Below, piece by piece: positions 1 to 9,386 of a stretch of 64,000 nt of DNA (position 1 is the stretch's first letter; each line of letters starts with the position of its first letter). A program made the position numbers and the translations under genes. The notes beneath the pieces are model-generated. The model had not been told where the DNA came from, ran no database searches, and saw only the letters and a program-made list of their open reading frames with translations. The DNA comes from Methanobacteriota archaeon (GTDB lineage: Archaea; Halobacteriota; Bog-38; Methanoflorentales; Methanoflorentaceae), in NCBI GenBank assembly GCA_963720465.1, contig OY970393.1:1536001-1600000 (forward strand). The letters run 5' to 3'.

Positions 1-267
1 ACGGTCTGGATCGGTGTGGATGGAAACGCGCCGGTGCATCAAACGCACTTCGACGAGAGCGGCGGCGCTCTTGGCGGAACCGGATCATGGTGCAACGATT
101 CAGTGGGTTCTGCGAACCTGGGCAATACGGGTTCAGACGCTCCTGGCAAAGCGTCAGCGAAGATTGACTCGCTCAACGGCGGCTTCTTTGTCTACCGGCA
201 ATTCAGTTCAATCGTTAATTTTAGTAACGGTGGAAACTGGAACACCGATAAACTGCGCTGGACCTAG
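1..267 (+). CDS. C-terminal part of a hypothetical, probably extracellular protein (5' end outside the window)
   Basis: Frame 1 is open from base 1 (TVWIGVDGNAPV...KLRWT*); G/S/N-rich composition; no family recognised. Confidence 0.5.
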   Translation, partial: TVWIGVDGNAPVHQTHFDESGGALGGTGSWCNDSVGSANLGNTGSDAPGKASAKIDSLNGGFFVYRQFSSIVNFSNGGNWNTDKLRWT

Positions 268-671
268 CGCCTGTATATCGGGAAGTGCGTATGATCCGGG
301 AGGCGAAGGTGTGAAAAGAGCGGTAATGCGCGTAAGAGCGCAGCGCAACCCTAGGCGAGATTTGCAGTAGCAGAGCCGGCCGGGCTGTTGATAAGCACGC
401 TCGAAAGGTGTGCGACAGCAAAACCCATATGGGAGCAGTTTGCTTGGCGTTGAAAAGGGTGCGGGGAGAGAGAGCGCAAAGCGGGCACCACCTTCAAGGA
501 TGAGGAAAAAGGCGCGTGCCCGGTCAGCACGACCGAACTGTGATTGCCTTCTAAAGTGGGAAATATCTTTTGAAGAGAGAGAATGCGCTTAGATTTTGTC
601 GCTGAGCGCTTACAATGCCGTTAAACGGGTTATTTGTTATGCCTAATCTGCGTATGTGTAACTATCGGTCA

Positions 672-1143
672 TCAATGCTGTGATTCGAGAATCTTAGCTA
701 CAAAGCGCTTTACATCTGCGGCGTACTCCGTGCTTTTAACATCTCCCTCAAGAATGTCAAGCTTGCCAGCTGCTGGCATTCCGCAAAGTTTTTCCATGGT
801 TTTGAGTGCCTTTTCACTCCCGGAACCTCCGTACGTGCAAAAGAATGCGACGCTCTTGAACTTGTTTTTGTTCTGCAGTAGATACGTCCGCACCGGGCCG
901 GACATATTTCTTGCCCATACCGGAGTGCCGACAACGACCAGATCATATAATGAGGCATCGTTCTTAGGGGGAGCGATTCTCGCGCGAGTTCTGAGCAATG
1001 TCTGCAGTACCAGCTGAGCTCATGCCCTTTCCCTGCGTGTCGGAGACGATCGCCTCTATGTCAGCGCCGAGGGCGCCTGCAAGCGCTTCAGCTACAATTC
1101 TCGTATTTCCGGTTCGTGAGTAAAATGCTACGAGCGATTTCAT
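672..1143 (-). pseudogene. Flavodoxin, frameshifted (one extra base near 1020)
   Basis: ATG at 1143 gives MKSLVAFYSRTGNTRIVAEAL (FMN-binding loop). The C-terminal half (YDLVVVGTPVW, FFCTYGG) is in another frame (ORF 672..998). May be a sequencing error. Confidence 0.75.
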
Positions 1144-1577
1144 AGGTCGAGATACGAGGCACTACTTAATAGAACCGCCAGTCTGAGTTGTTACCAAAAA
1201 CGAGCTGGAGTCACGCCAATGGACAGCGAAGACGTGAATGATGCAAGAAAAGCGACGAATTTCAAAAGTGAGGCTTTGTGAGGCTCCGACCTCGCAACAA
1301 ACCATTGCTGGGGTAATAGTCAGCAGATAAAACTTAAGTTCCTGCAGTGAGCAGCAAGGGGGCCTTATCGCCCTCGGCTCCTTTTTTTCGCAAGTAGGCC
1401 CGAGCCAAGTAGCAGAACGGCTTCCTTTGGTCCTATCCTAGCCCCTAGCTCATTATCTCTTTTTTCGATTTCAAGGCCCCAAAGCAACTTAGCGCCCCTC
1501 ACTCGCCTTTTTGCGACCGGAGGCTTTATTTATCCCTTGACATTTTGTTAGGGCAACGAACGTTTTTCGAGGCAATC

Positions 1578-2798
1578 ATGCGCGTATACAAAATCGTCTC
1601 ATTTTCTGTGGTCATTCTTCTCATTAGCGTGTTATTTGCAGGCGTTGTAATCGTTCCTGCCGTGGCGCAGTACGATACGCAATACCAGTATAACGCTGCG
1701 CACACGGGCGATTACAGCCTGGTAGCAGGGAGCACACCACCAAACAACGTTCAGAAGTGGAGCTTCACGACCGGAGACCTCGTCGACTCCTCCCCCGCCG
1801 TCGTTAACGGCGTGGTCTACCTGGGAAGCAATGACCACAACATCTACGCGCTTAACGCCACCACTGGAGCGAAGGTGTGGAACTATACGACCGCAGGCTT
1901 GGTTGAATCCTCCCCCGCCGTAGTTAACGGGGTGGTATTCGTGGGGAGCGAGGACGGCAACGTCTACGCGCTCAACGCCAGCAACGGGGCGAAAGTGTGG
2001 AACTATACGACCGCAGGCTTGGTTGAATCCTCCCCCGCCGTAGTTAACGGGGTGGTATTCGTGGGGAGCGAGGACGGCAACGTCTACGCGCTCAACGCCA
2101 GCAACGGGGCGAAAGTGTGGAACTATACAACCTTAGGCGAGGTGTACTCGTCTCCCGCCGTTTTAAAGGGCGTCGTGTATGTGGGGAGCTATGACAACAA
2201 CGTCTACGCGCTCAACGCCAGCAACGGGGCGAAAGTGTGGAACTATACGACCGCAGGCTTGGTTGAATCCTCCCCCGCCGTCGTTAACGGCACGCTGTAC
2301 GTCGGGAGCTCTGACAACAACCTCTACGCCCTCAACGCCAGCAACGGGGCGAAAGTGTGGAATTATACGACCGGAGGCCACGTGCTCTCCTCTCCTGCCG
2401 TTGTCAACGGCACGCTGTACGTCGGGAGCTCTGACAACAACCTCTACGCCCTCAACGCCAGCAACGGGGCGAAGCTGTGGAGCTTTGCAACCGGGTTCAC
2501 GGTTTACTCCTCCCCCGCCGTCGCCAATGGCGTCGTCTACGTGGGGAGCGATGACAGCAACGTCTACGCCCTCAACGCCAGCAACGGGGCGAAGCTGTGG
2601 AGCTTTGCAACCGGGGCCGGGGTGGAATCCTCTCCTGCCGTCGTTAACGGCACGGTGTATGTAGGGAGCGAGGACAGCAACGTCTACGCAATCGGCAACG
2701 GAGCTGCGGCCACAAGTCATGGGATACCCGGCTTCGACGTCACGCTCGCTCTTGTCGGACTCATAATCATCGCTTACGCATTGAGGAGAAAACGCTAG
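1578..2798 (+). CDS. PQQ-like 8-bladed beta-propeller surface protein with PGF-CTERM anchor
   Basis: Signal peptide; eight 40-aa repeats (SSPAVxNGxVYVGSxDxNVYALNAxxGAKxW); C-terminal IPGF, TM helix and RRKR (archaeosortase A signal). ATG 1578 preferred over TTG 1545. Confidence 0.9.
   Translation: MRVYKIVSFSVVILLISVLFAGVVIVPAVAQYDTQYQYNAAHTGDYSLVAGSTPPNNVQKWSFTTGDLVDSSPAVVNGVVYLGSNDHNIYALNATTGAKVWNYTTAGLVESSPAVVNGVVFVGSEDGNVYALNASNGAKVWNYTTAGLVESSPAVVNGVVFVGSEDGNVYALNASNGAKVWNYTTLGEVYSSPAVLKGVVYVGSYDNNVYALNASNGAKVWNYTTAGLVESSPAVVNGTLYVGSSDNNLYALNASNGAKVWNYTTGGHVLSSPAVVNGTLYVGSSDNNLYALNASNGAKLWSFATGFTVYSSPAVANGVVYVGSDDSNVYALNASNGAKLWSFATGAGVESSPAVVNGTVYVGSEDSNVYAIGNGAAATSHGIPGFDVTLALVGLIIIAYALRRKR
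1750..2700 (+). repeat. Intragenic 120-bp tandem repeats encoding the propeller blades
   Basis: For example 1921-1980 is identical to 2041-2100; the other units are near-identical at DNA level. Confidence 0.9.
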
Positions 2799-2870
2799 CG
2801 CCCTCCGACCTCTCTTTCTTTACGGAAGGGGCGTGCCGAAACACCTAGAACTTGCATGAGCGTGCCTAGC

Positions 2871-3103
2871 TCAGGTTTTTAAGCTCATGCCTCCCCCTAC
2901 TTTATACAGAGGTCATGAACCGAATCAGGAAGCGGATGCTTGTAAAATCGCCCGTCAACGCCCAATACACCGTGAGTGAGAACACGAGCACGATTTGACG
3001 GCTCCCATTGAATAATATCGCCGTGCTGCTCAGCAAGTTTTCGCAAGTCTCCAAGAACGGAACGTCCCTTGAACCGCGCCGTGGGCATTTTCTGCCTCTT
3101 GAC
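2871..3103 (-). pseudogene. 3'-terminal remnant of a tyrosine integrase (copy D)
   Basis: VKRQKMPTARFKGRSVLGDLRKLAEQHGDIIQWEPSNRARVLTHGVLGVDGRFYKHPLPDSVHD aligns with the C-terminus of the 22660..24180 integrase (IKRQKISMSRFQKPFVLGDLRKFAEQYGDIIQWDQSNRAYILTHGVSGVEWGHYRNPLPENVYD). Confidence 0.9.
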
Positions 3104-3122
3104 CCCCCCCTTAAGAAAACCA

Positions 3123-3149
3123 GAGGCCGAGGGCGAGATTCAAACCCAC
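3123..3149 (-). other. Degenerate tRNA 3'-end fragment (att-like scar; Cys/Ser-type acceptor arm)
   Basis: Minus strand GTGGGTTTGAATCTCGCCCTCGGC resembles a T-arm plus acceptor 3' strand; it lies about 20 bp upstream of integrase remnant D. Confidence 0.5.
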
Positions 3150-3159
3150 TTAACCTAGG

Positions 3160-4032
3160 TTAGCGTCCCCCCGTAAAGATGGCGAGGTCGATTGCGTTCC
3201 CCATCGCAGTATATCCTGCCTGGTTCGGATGCACGCCGTCAGCCATTACGAGCGCAGGATTTGAATGTCCGGGATTCAATGGGTTGTCTATGACTGGATA
3301 AAAATTGATGACCGGGTACCCCTTCAAATTTGCGTACTCAACTATCCACGCGTTCAAACTGTCCCGTTCCGCGAGGTGGTAACTGCTGGGTATGACGGTA
3401 CAGAGGACAGGCACCGCGCCGTAGGATTCGACACGACTGCACATCGCCACGATATTCGCCTGTGTAGTTGCAAGCGGCACTTCACCATTCACTATGTCAT
3501 TCGTACCGCCCATGATAATGACGAAATGCGGGTCTAAAGCAAGGGCCGTGTCTATACGGGCGACCATATCCGCCGTTTTAGCCCCGCCAACGCCCTGATC
3601 AACTACCTCCCAATCCCCGCCGAGGCGTGTTTTGAGAAGATATGGCCAGTTATTCGGGTCAGAAAACCCTTCCGTGATTGAATCTCCGACACAAACTATA
3701 AGGTGCGCGTGCAGCTGGTGCGGCGGGGACATTGGGACTGAAGTAGTCTTGCCACTGCTGCTGCCGAATGGAAACGAGCCCGCTACGAGAGATAACAATA
3801 AAAGGACTAGCACGCCGTAAAGGATATATCGCTTGTCGACCTGCTGGGATGGCTCCCGAGGCGGCAGAGCGTGTGACAGCTTATCGCCTGAAAGCTTTAG
3901 TGGGGGATGTTGGGGAGACCGGTGGGGCGGTAGCCTTGCACGGGGGAGGAAGGATGTGCCGCAATCTGCGCACAATGCGGCGTACGGTTGATTCCTCGCA
4001 CCACATTTCTCGCAGAACTTTTTGTTACCCAT
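3160..4032 (-). CDS. Zinc-ribbon + TM helix + SGNH/GDSL hydrolase
   Basis: CEKC...CADC ribbon, TM segment, GDSIT (block I), GGTND (block III), DGVHPN (block V). ATG 4032 preferred. Confidence 0.9.
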   Translation of the reverse strand: MGNKKFCEKCGARNQPYAALCADCGTSFLPRARLPPHRSPQHPPLKLSGDKLSHALPPREPSQQVDKRYILYGVLVLLLLSLVAGSFPFGSSSGKTTSVPMSPPHQLHAHLIVCVGDSITEGFSDPNNWPYLLKTRLGGDWEVVDQGVGGAKTADMVARIDTALALDPHFVIIMGGTNDIVNGEVPLATTQANIVAMCSRVESYGAVPVLCTVIPSSYHLAERDSLNAWIVEYANLKGYPVINFYPVIDNPLNPGHSNPALVMADGVHPNQAGYTAMGNAIDLAIFTGGR

Positions 4033-4517
4033 AACGCGCTCGTATACGTAAGTCGGCTCAAACAATAGAGCTAAGGTCGGTTTATCCTAAGTGTTGCCTA
4101 CCGTTTTGGCTTACACACACGCGACTTAAAGATACCGATTTATGCCGCCATTTTTGATGTGTTAACGTGCACATTCATAGAAACGCGTTCCCGTGTTGAG
4201 ACAGACCGCGTCAGCGGTAGCTTGAGAGCACATTCTTGCAGTTGGGTTATCACGTTCAGCACGAATTCGCCACTCGTACAAGCAGTGTACGCCCGGATCA
4301 ATAAAGGCGAGAAGATGGAGGCCTTCTACAAGCTCTTTGCTGCTTACATTCGCACAATACCGGTGGAATAGCTAATAGAAAGCGTAGAACGAGCGCGGCG
4401 AGACGCCCAACTACGGCACGTGGTAATATAGGAGTGCCGGCGGCTACTGCCTCGGCAGAGCCGAACGTCTTGAGGGATCGTATTTGCGAACGCTTGCGAT
4501 CGAGTTGGGGGCGACAG

Positions 4518-5183
4518 TCACATCCGACCCTTCTCCATCCAATACTCATACTGATGAACCCGGTCCGCCTTGTTTGCCTCGATTAGTTGCGCGAAGAACG
4601 TTCTTCTCTCTGCGATCTCCTTCTCCTGCGCCGGATACGCGCGCTTTGTTTGAATCGATTCTGCGAGCGTCGTTCCGAGCTTAAACGCCTCGTTAATAGC
4701 AGCATCAAGGGCAGCAGAGTTCCTGTCAAGGGCAACGCCGACCTGTCCTACCGTCAAGACGCCGAGTTCATTCAGGAAATGGTTCATGTAGTCGAGCACT
4801 GCTGCGTCACCTGAACCACCGGACGTGGTCACGGAACAGCCATATTTACCCGAAAGCAGCTGACAATAAATGGCATCGGCCATCCGATCGATAACTGTCT
4901 TAAGTTGCGCGGTCACGCTGTGCATGTACACAGGCGACCCGAGCACGATCCCATCGGCGCTGAGCATCTTGTCTACCAATTCAGCGAGATCGTCCGCCTG
5001 AACACACTCACCTTCGGCGTAACAAACCTGACACCCGAGACAATACCGTATGTCCAGTGCGCCGATATCAACCAGTTCCGTTTCTGCTCCGCGCTCCTTG
5101 GCACCATCTAGGACAGCATCAACCAGCTTAAGCGTCCGACTGTTCTTCCCACGCGGACTGCTGTTTATTCCGAGTATTTTCAT
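4518..5183 (-). CDS. Iron-sulfur flavoprotein / NADPH-dependent FMN reductase family
   Basis: SSPRGKNSRT FMN loop, CLGCQVC-x5-C cluster motif, GSPVY. Confidence 0.9.
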   Translation of the reverse strand: MKILGINSSPRGKNSRTLKLVDAVLDGAKERGAETELVDIGALDIRYCLGCQVCYAEGECVQADDLAELVDKMLSADGIVLGSPVYMHSVTAQLKTVIDRMADAIYCQLLSGKYGCSVTTSGGSGDAAVLDYMNHFLNELGVLTVGQVGVALDRNSAALDAAINEAFKLGTTLAESIQTKRAYPAQEKEIAERRTFFAQLIEANKADRVHQYEYWMEKGRM

Positions 5184-5419
5184 CGTTGTACCTCGATTAC
5201 GTACGACAGGCCCCGCTGCTAAAATAGTTATTTCAGACTGACAACAAACATACGCTCGATATGGAGTTGCAATCGCGGTGTGGCAATATTCGCGAGGAGG
5301 AGGACTGGGGCTGCATAACAGAGGACGATGTACGCCAAGGGCAGCGACTAGCTGACACGATCTTCGTTGTCACCCTGTAAGCACACAAAGCGGCCCTGCG
5401 TGCACCAAAAAGCGAGCTA

Positions 5420-5653
5420 TTGGAGATCCGTCGCAGCAAAATCTCGATCCACCACGTCAAGGCAGGATATGACTACCCAGCAATACGCATTCCCTTCACC
5501 TTTTCAGGGCTTATAGGGCTGTCAACGTGCATCTACCAAACGGTTCATGCTGGGGCTCTTGCGTTCCTCGTAGTTGTCTCGCCGACGTCAAAAAAAGCAG
5601 TCTAGATAAACGCGAAAACGCGAGTTTAAGCGTCAAATCCCCCGTCTTGACAT
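5420..5653 (+). pseudogene. Small mobile-element-type ORF, probably frameshifted in an A7 run
   Basis: ORF 5420..5605 (SKISIHH...YDYPAIRIP, AbrB-like N-terminus by inference). One more A at 5590-5596 would extend it to ...ENASLSVKSPVLT, ending on CTTGACAT. Confidence 0.35.
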
Positions 5654-5719
5654 TACGGTGCGTAACAACCAACTTATGATCGCCTATATCAGGCGGAGGT
5701 TAATTCGTTGTAAAAACCC

Positions 5720-5861
5720 AGCTAAGAAGTGTGGCGCCATCATTTCTTTAAGCGGAATCGCGTTTATTGCTCTTCCCGCAGGAATATTTGACGCCGGCTA
5801 CCTTGACGAGTGTCAACACCGACGCAATGAAAATCAGCAAACAGAGTCCAATTCCCCTTGA
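5720..5861 (+). pseudogene. C-terminal fragment of an ion (K+) channel/transporter
   Basis: GAIISLSGIAFIALPAGI resembles the inner helix after the pore (ALPAG motif); no upstream channel sequence. Confidence 0.45.
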
Positions 5862-5883
5862 AATCGCTATCGGCTATTTTTAT

Positions 5884-6165
5884 TTAGATATTCTCTAAAT
5901 AATAGGGGTCGTTCTCGTCGCGTGGCACGAGAGTTATCTCATCATCCCAGGCGTCTTTTATCACGTAGGATTTGGCGACCGCATCACAAAAATAGGTATG
6001 TCCATTTAGCGCCCCCCGGAGCGTATTATACTTAGCGACGACGTAACTCGTATTTTTATCAATAAGCGCGGTTTCGGGCGCGCCGTTAACCTCTATTGTC
6101 GATATGATTATTCCCTTGACACCATCGCGCGCTATCTGTGTTTGACTTGGACGGCAGCATGCCAT
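5884..6165 (-). CDS. Hypothetical protein
   Basis: 93-aa ORF with ATG and an upstream GAGGG; no motif recognised. Confidence 0.5.
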   Translation of the reverse strand: MACCRPSQTQIARDGVKGIIISTIEVNGAPETALIDKNTSYVVAKYNTLRGALNGHTYFCDAVAKSYVIKDAWDDEITLVPRDENDPYYLENI

Positions 6166-6640
6166 TTTTAACCCTCTATGCCCTCGATGTGTATATCACT
6201 CTTAACAATTCCTATGACGGATAGTCCTGCCGCGATCATGCCTTGCGACTTTTCTTTGAGTTGGAGTAGACAATGTCAAAGCGTTAAGGAGAGGCTCCGT
6301 TTCTGCATACCCCTTTTTTCGCCCTCAAATAACTCTCTTGAATCACGCTAGTATTGCCTCTGAATAACACGGGATGGAGACTGAAGGACTTCTCACAGTT
6401 CCTTAAAAAAATACACCATATCCAGTCTCCTATAGATAATAAAATCCCTTGCGGATCACTGAACGCGGCGTGGCGCGTTTTACCTTGGCTTAGAATCTGA
6501 ACCAGTCATGGAGGAAACATCTTTCCGATAGAGGTTGATGGTCACCCGCTGACTAGGAGCACACATACTGAACACCCCTACTCTCAAGCTCGCGCAGATA
6601 CAATCGGTGCCTTTAAGCGCTCTGATTCAGGGAGTATCAT

Positions 6641-7201
6641 TCAGCGTAGAAGGCTTACGCTTTTAAGCTCCTTAACGATTCGATCGACCGCATTAGCCGC
6701 ATCTTCGAGCTTTCGGCCGCCGGTTATAACCAGTTTGCCGGAACCAAACAAAAGAATCACCACTTTAGGATCCGATACCCGGTAGACGAGGCCGGGAAAC
6801 TGCTCGGGCTCGTACTCAATGTTCTCAAGCCCGAGACCGGTGGCAATTGCGTTCAAATTCAAAACTGCGTGAAGATCTGCTGACGCGACGATGTTCTGGA
6901 CTTTAATCTCGGGCGTTCCCTTCACGTCGATTCCGATATTTCGTAGACTTTGAAATAGATTTTCAATGCCTTTATGAACCTCATCTATGCTCTTTGCACC
7001 CGTACAGACAATTTTTCCCGATCGGAAAATTAACGCGGTGGTCTTTGGGTTCTTGGTCCGATAAACGAGGCCGGGAAACCGTTCAGGGTCATAATCTGCA
7101 CCCTCTAACGCAAGCGTGGCTTGCTTGAGGTTTATCTCTATTCCGATGCCGGTTGAGGCTACCACATTTTCAATTTTAATAGTGTCCCGCGGTTCAACCA
7201 T
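6641..7201 (-). CDS. tbp: TATA-box-binding protein
   Basis: Two TBP repeats: IENVVAS...YDPERFPGLVYR...LIFRSGKIVCTGAKS and VQNIVAS...YEPEQFPGLVYR...LLFGSGKLVITG. Confidence 0.97.
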   Translation of the reverse strand: MVEPRDTIKIENVVASTGIGIEINLKQATLALEGADYDPERFPGLVYRTKNPKTTALIFRSGKIVCTGAKSIDEVHKGIENLFQSLRNIGIDVKGTPEIKVQNIVASADLHAVLNLNAIATGLGLENIEYEPEQFPGLVYRVSDPKVVILLFGSGKLVITGGRKLEDAANAVDRIVKELKSVSLLR

Positions 7202-7531
7202 ACGCTTCCCTTGTTAGTTTATAAAGGCTTAAGCTAGAGAGCATGGAGAGCAAAAAAGGACGGAGATCAACGGACGGGCCTGTGTCAGGCGTCATTTCCC
7301 AATAGATCTATTTTGGGAATTATCAGACTAGCGGATAACGCCCGGCTCGACGCGTGCTCCTGAGGAAATGCGCTTGCATGCTTACGTCGCTATCTCCTCA
7401 TTGAAAAAGGAACGGCATCAATCACGATGCTGTCGCGGACATTAGCGAGAGATGCACAAACCCGCCCGTATCGTTGAGGACACGGAGAGAGGTGCAAGGC
7501 ACCCACGCGCTACGCGCTTAAATGGTACATA

Positions 7532-7663
7532 TTATTCTCTCGTGCGCTGCTCCATCACGTCGAGGTCCTGGAGCATTGCCGGCAATACCTCTTTAATGTC
7601 GCTCAGGTCGGCGCGTATGTGCCTCATATCGGCGGCGATTTCTTCTTGTATTTCCATAGTCAT
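7532..7663 (-). CDS. Small hypothetical coiled-coil peptide (43 aa)
   Basis: MTMEIQEEIAADMRHIRADLSDIKEVLPAMLQDLDVMEQRTRE; its start overlaps the stop of the upstream ORF (ATGA). Confidence 0.4.
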   Translation of the reverse strand: MTMEIQEEIAADMRHIRADLSDIKEVLPAMLQDLDVMEQRTRE

Positions 7664-7776
7664 CTTTTCGTCTCAGTCTCAGCGAAACGAGTCCATTTAT
7701 TGCCTTTAATAGGTCGGCCTGGCACGTCCTCGCGTCGCTTCTTGATGTTTTTTTTAGATTTAGATTTAGCTTTCAT
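7660..7776 (-). CDS. Small basic hypothetical peptide (38 aa)
   Basis: MKAKSKSKKNIKKRREDVPGRPIKGNKWTRFAETETKR; ATGA coupling to the next ORF. Confidence 0.3.
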   Translation of the reverse strand: MKAKSKSKKNIKKRREDVPGRPIKGNKWTRFAETETKR

Positions 7777-7874
7777 TTTCTTATCAATCGCCAGGGCACC
7801 CACAGCTCAAGCGTTAACTGTCTGGTCCGCAGTGTGAGCAAGGAACCCTGCTTAAGTCGTTCTTCTTTCATGAT

Positions 7875-8264
7875 TCATTTCTTACGCCTGCGGTACGCCT
7901 TCTGGCGGCACGCGTTTGAACAATAAAGATTGCTAGTCCGCGCTTCTACCAAGTAGGTGCGGCGCCCCCATTTGTCATAGTACGGCACCTTTGGCATGCA
8001 TTTACCGCACTCAATGCACGCGTTATGTTCGCGGCGGTGGCACTTCGTGCAATGCTTCACGTAAACCTTGCCACCACATGCCGGACATACGCCAAAACTC
8101 GCAGGCGCAGATAAGGCTCTCGCGGCTGTCAAACCACAACAGACAACGTAGCTGCTACTAATTCGGCTATAAAGATTTAAGGCTTTACTCGCAGTTTGCC
8201 AGGTGCGTGCCAAAGTTGAGAGTTGCAACAACGCCGTCCTGTTGACGTTCTTGTGGTCAGGCAC
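7875..8264 (-). CDS. Hypothetical multi-zinc-finger protein (start uncertain)
   Basis: CPAC, CTKC, CIEC and C-terminal YCSNACRQKAYRRR, a motif common in phage/plasmid proteins. Confidence 0.55.
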   Translation of the reverse strand: MPDHKNVNRTALLQLSTLARTWQTASKALNLYSRISSSYVVCCGLTAARALSAPASFGVCPACGGKVYVKHCTKCHRREHNACIECGKCMPKVPYYDKWGRRTYLVEARTSNLYCSNACRQKAYRRRKK

Positions 8265-8407
8265 CTGCTGTAATCTTCTCGTGTTGGCTCATTACAGCGA
8301 TGAGTACCTCTTTTTTAGCCGCATGCGGCAGGGAGATTGCCGCTTTGTCTACTGATTTCCTTGCACCACCCCTCTGAGAAAAACCACGTTCAAAATAGCA
8401 ACCGTTA

Positions 8408-8432
8408 TTGCCGATAAGTTCCTCTTCGGCAA
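8408..8432. other. Inverted repeat (dif/att core-like) just upstream of the Xer-like integrase fragment
   Basis: TTGCCGA-N11-TCGGCAA ending 5 bp before ATG 8438. Confidence 0.4.
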
Positions 8433-8437
8433 CGCGC

Positions 8438-8734
8438 ATGAAGAACATCACCGACTACCTTGAAAAAGAGCAGGTCGATCGGGTGCTTGCGGCGGCGCAC
8501 CAGTGCAGTCAGCGGGACTACTTCATGCTGCGGGTGCTGTGGCGCACCGGCGTGCGGGTCAACGAGTTGCTTACTATCACTCCACGCGATATCGAACCAA
8601 ACAACAGCGTGGTCAACGTCACGAAGGCGAAAGGAGGGAAGCATCGACACGAAGGAGCGGGCATCACGTTTTGCGACGTTCGCTACGATCTAGAGCTCGG
8701 AGCGCTATTGAGCGGTGAGCGCCGGGACACCTGA
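8438..8734 (+). pseudogene. Truncated XerC/D-like tyrosine recombinase
   Basis: YLEKEQV...RDYFMLRVLWRTGVRVNEL...KAKGGK (box I Arg and catalytic Lys); the HxxR and Tyr half is missing. Confidence 0.85.
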
Positions 8735-9002
8735 ACTACGACGAGATACGAGAGACGTCAACACTGTATAGCCAAAAGTGCTGATTCCGGTGCATACGCA
8801 GCACCCTGAGGTGTTTAGCAATTTGCGAAAATGTCGTCATGCCAGCCAAGGAGCTAGCATTCAGACATAACGGCTCAATCCGTTAGAGTCCTGTTTAGCA
8901 GCACCCCCCTTAATCGGGTGCTAGAATATCGAAAAAACCTGTACCGCTAGTTATGATTCTTAGCAGTTAGCGGGGTATGTGTTGCGGCTATCTCTTGGTT
9001 AA

Positions 9003-9386
9003 TCACGGATTCTCCCGCCTCTCTTTGGGCCGCCCTCGCGTGAGCGATTCATACAAATTATCGAGGTATGCCTTTCGTTCTTTGATCGTCGGCTGCAATT
9101 GTTCAATAAACGCGATTCCACCCAGGCGCGTTATTTCGCGCTCCGTCTCGTTAACTTCTTGATCTAACTGCGCGAGTAAGTCAACTGCGTCATCCCTCAG
9201 GGCGGCCGCGTCGTTAAACATCGTTGCCGCGTTTCGTACGACGTCTTCCGCCTCGGTCGTAATTAGCGTCTCATAACGGTTCATCCACCAACCGACATTG
9301 TCCTTATACGTGGCTTTATCGGGGGTATTATCTCGGCGTAACGCTTTTGTAATCTTCGTTGCTGCTTTATCCAAGTTAATAGCCAT
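9003..9386 (-). CDS. Hypothetical coiled-coil protein
   Basis: 127-aa ORF with ATG; helical composition. Confidence 0.6.
   Translation of the reverse strand: MAINLDKAATKITKALRRDNTPDKATYKDNVGWWMNRYETLITTEAEDVVRNAATMFNDAAALRDDAVDLLAQLDQEVNETEREITRLGGIAFIEQLQPTIKERKAYLDNLYESLTRGRPKERRENP

Noticed and set aside
408-600. Group II intron 5' end (GTGCG)
   Set aside because: No domain V/VI or RT ORF found; a 5-mer match is not evidence.
1010-1030. Programmed frameshift in the flavodoxin gene
   Set aside because: No slippery run; a point insertion or sequencing error is simpler.
1750-2700. Diversity-generating retroelement target
   Set aside because: No reverse transcriptase or template repeat in the window, and the differences are not adenine-specific.
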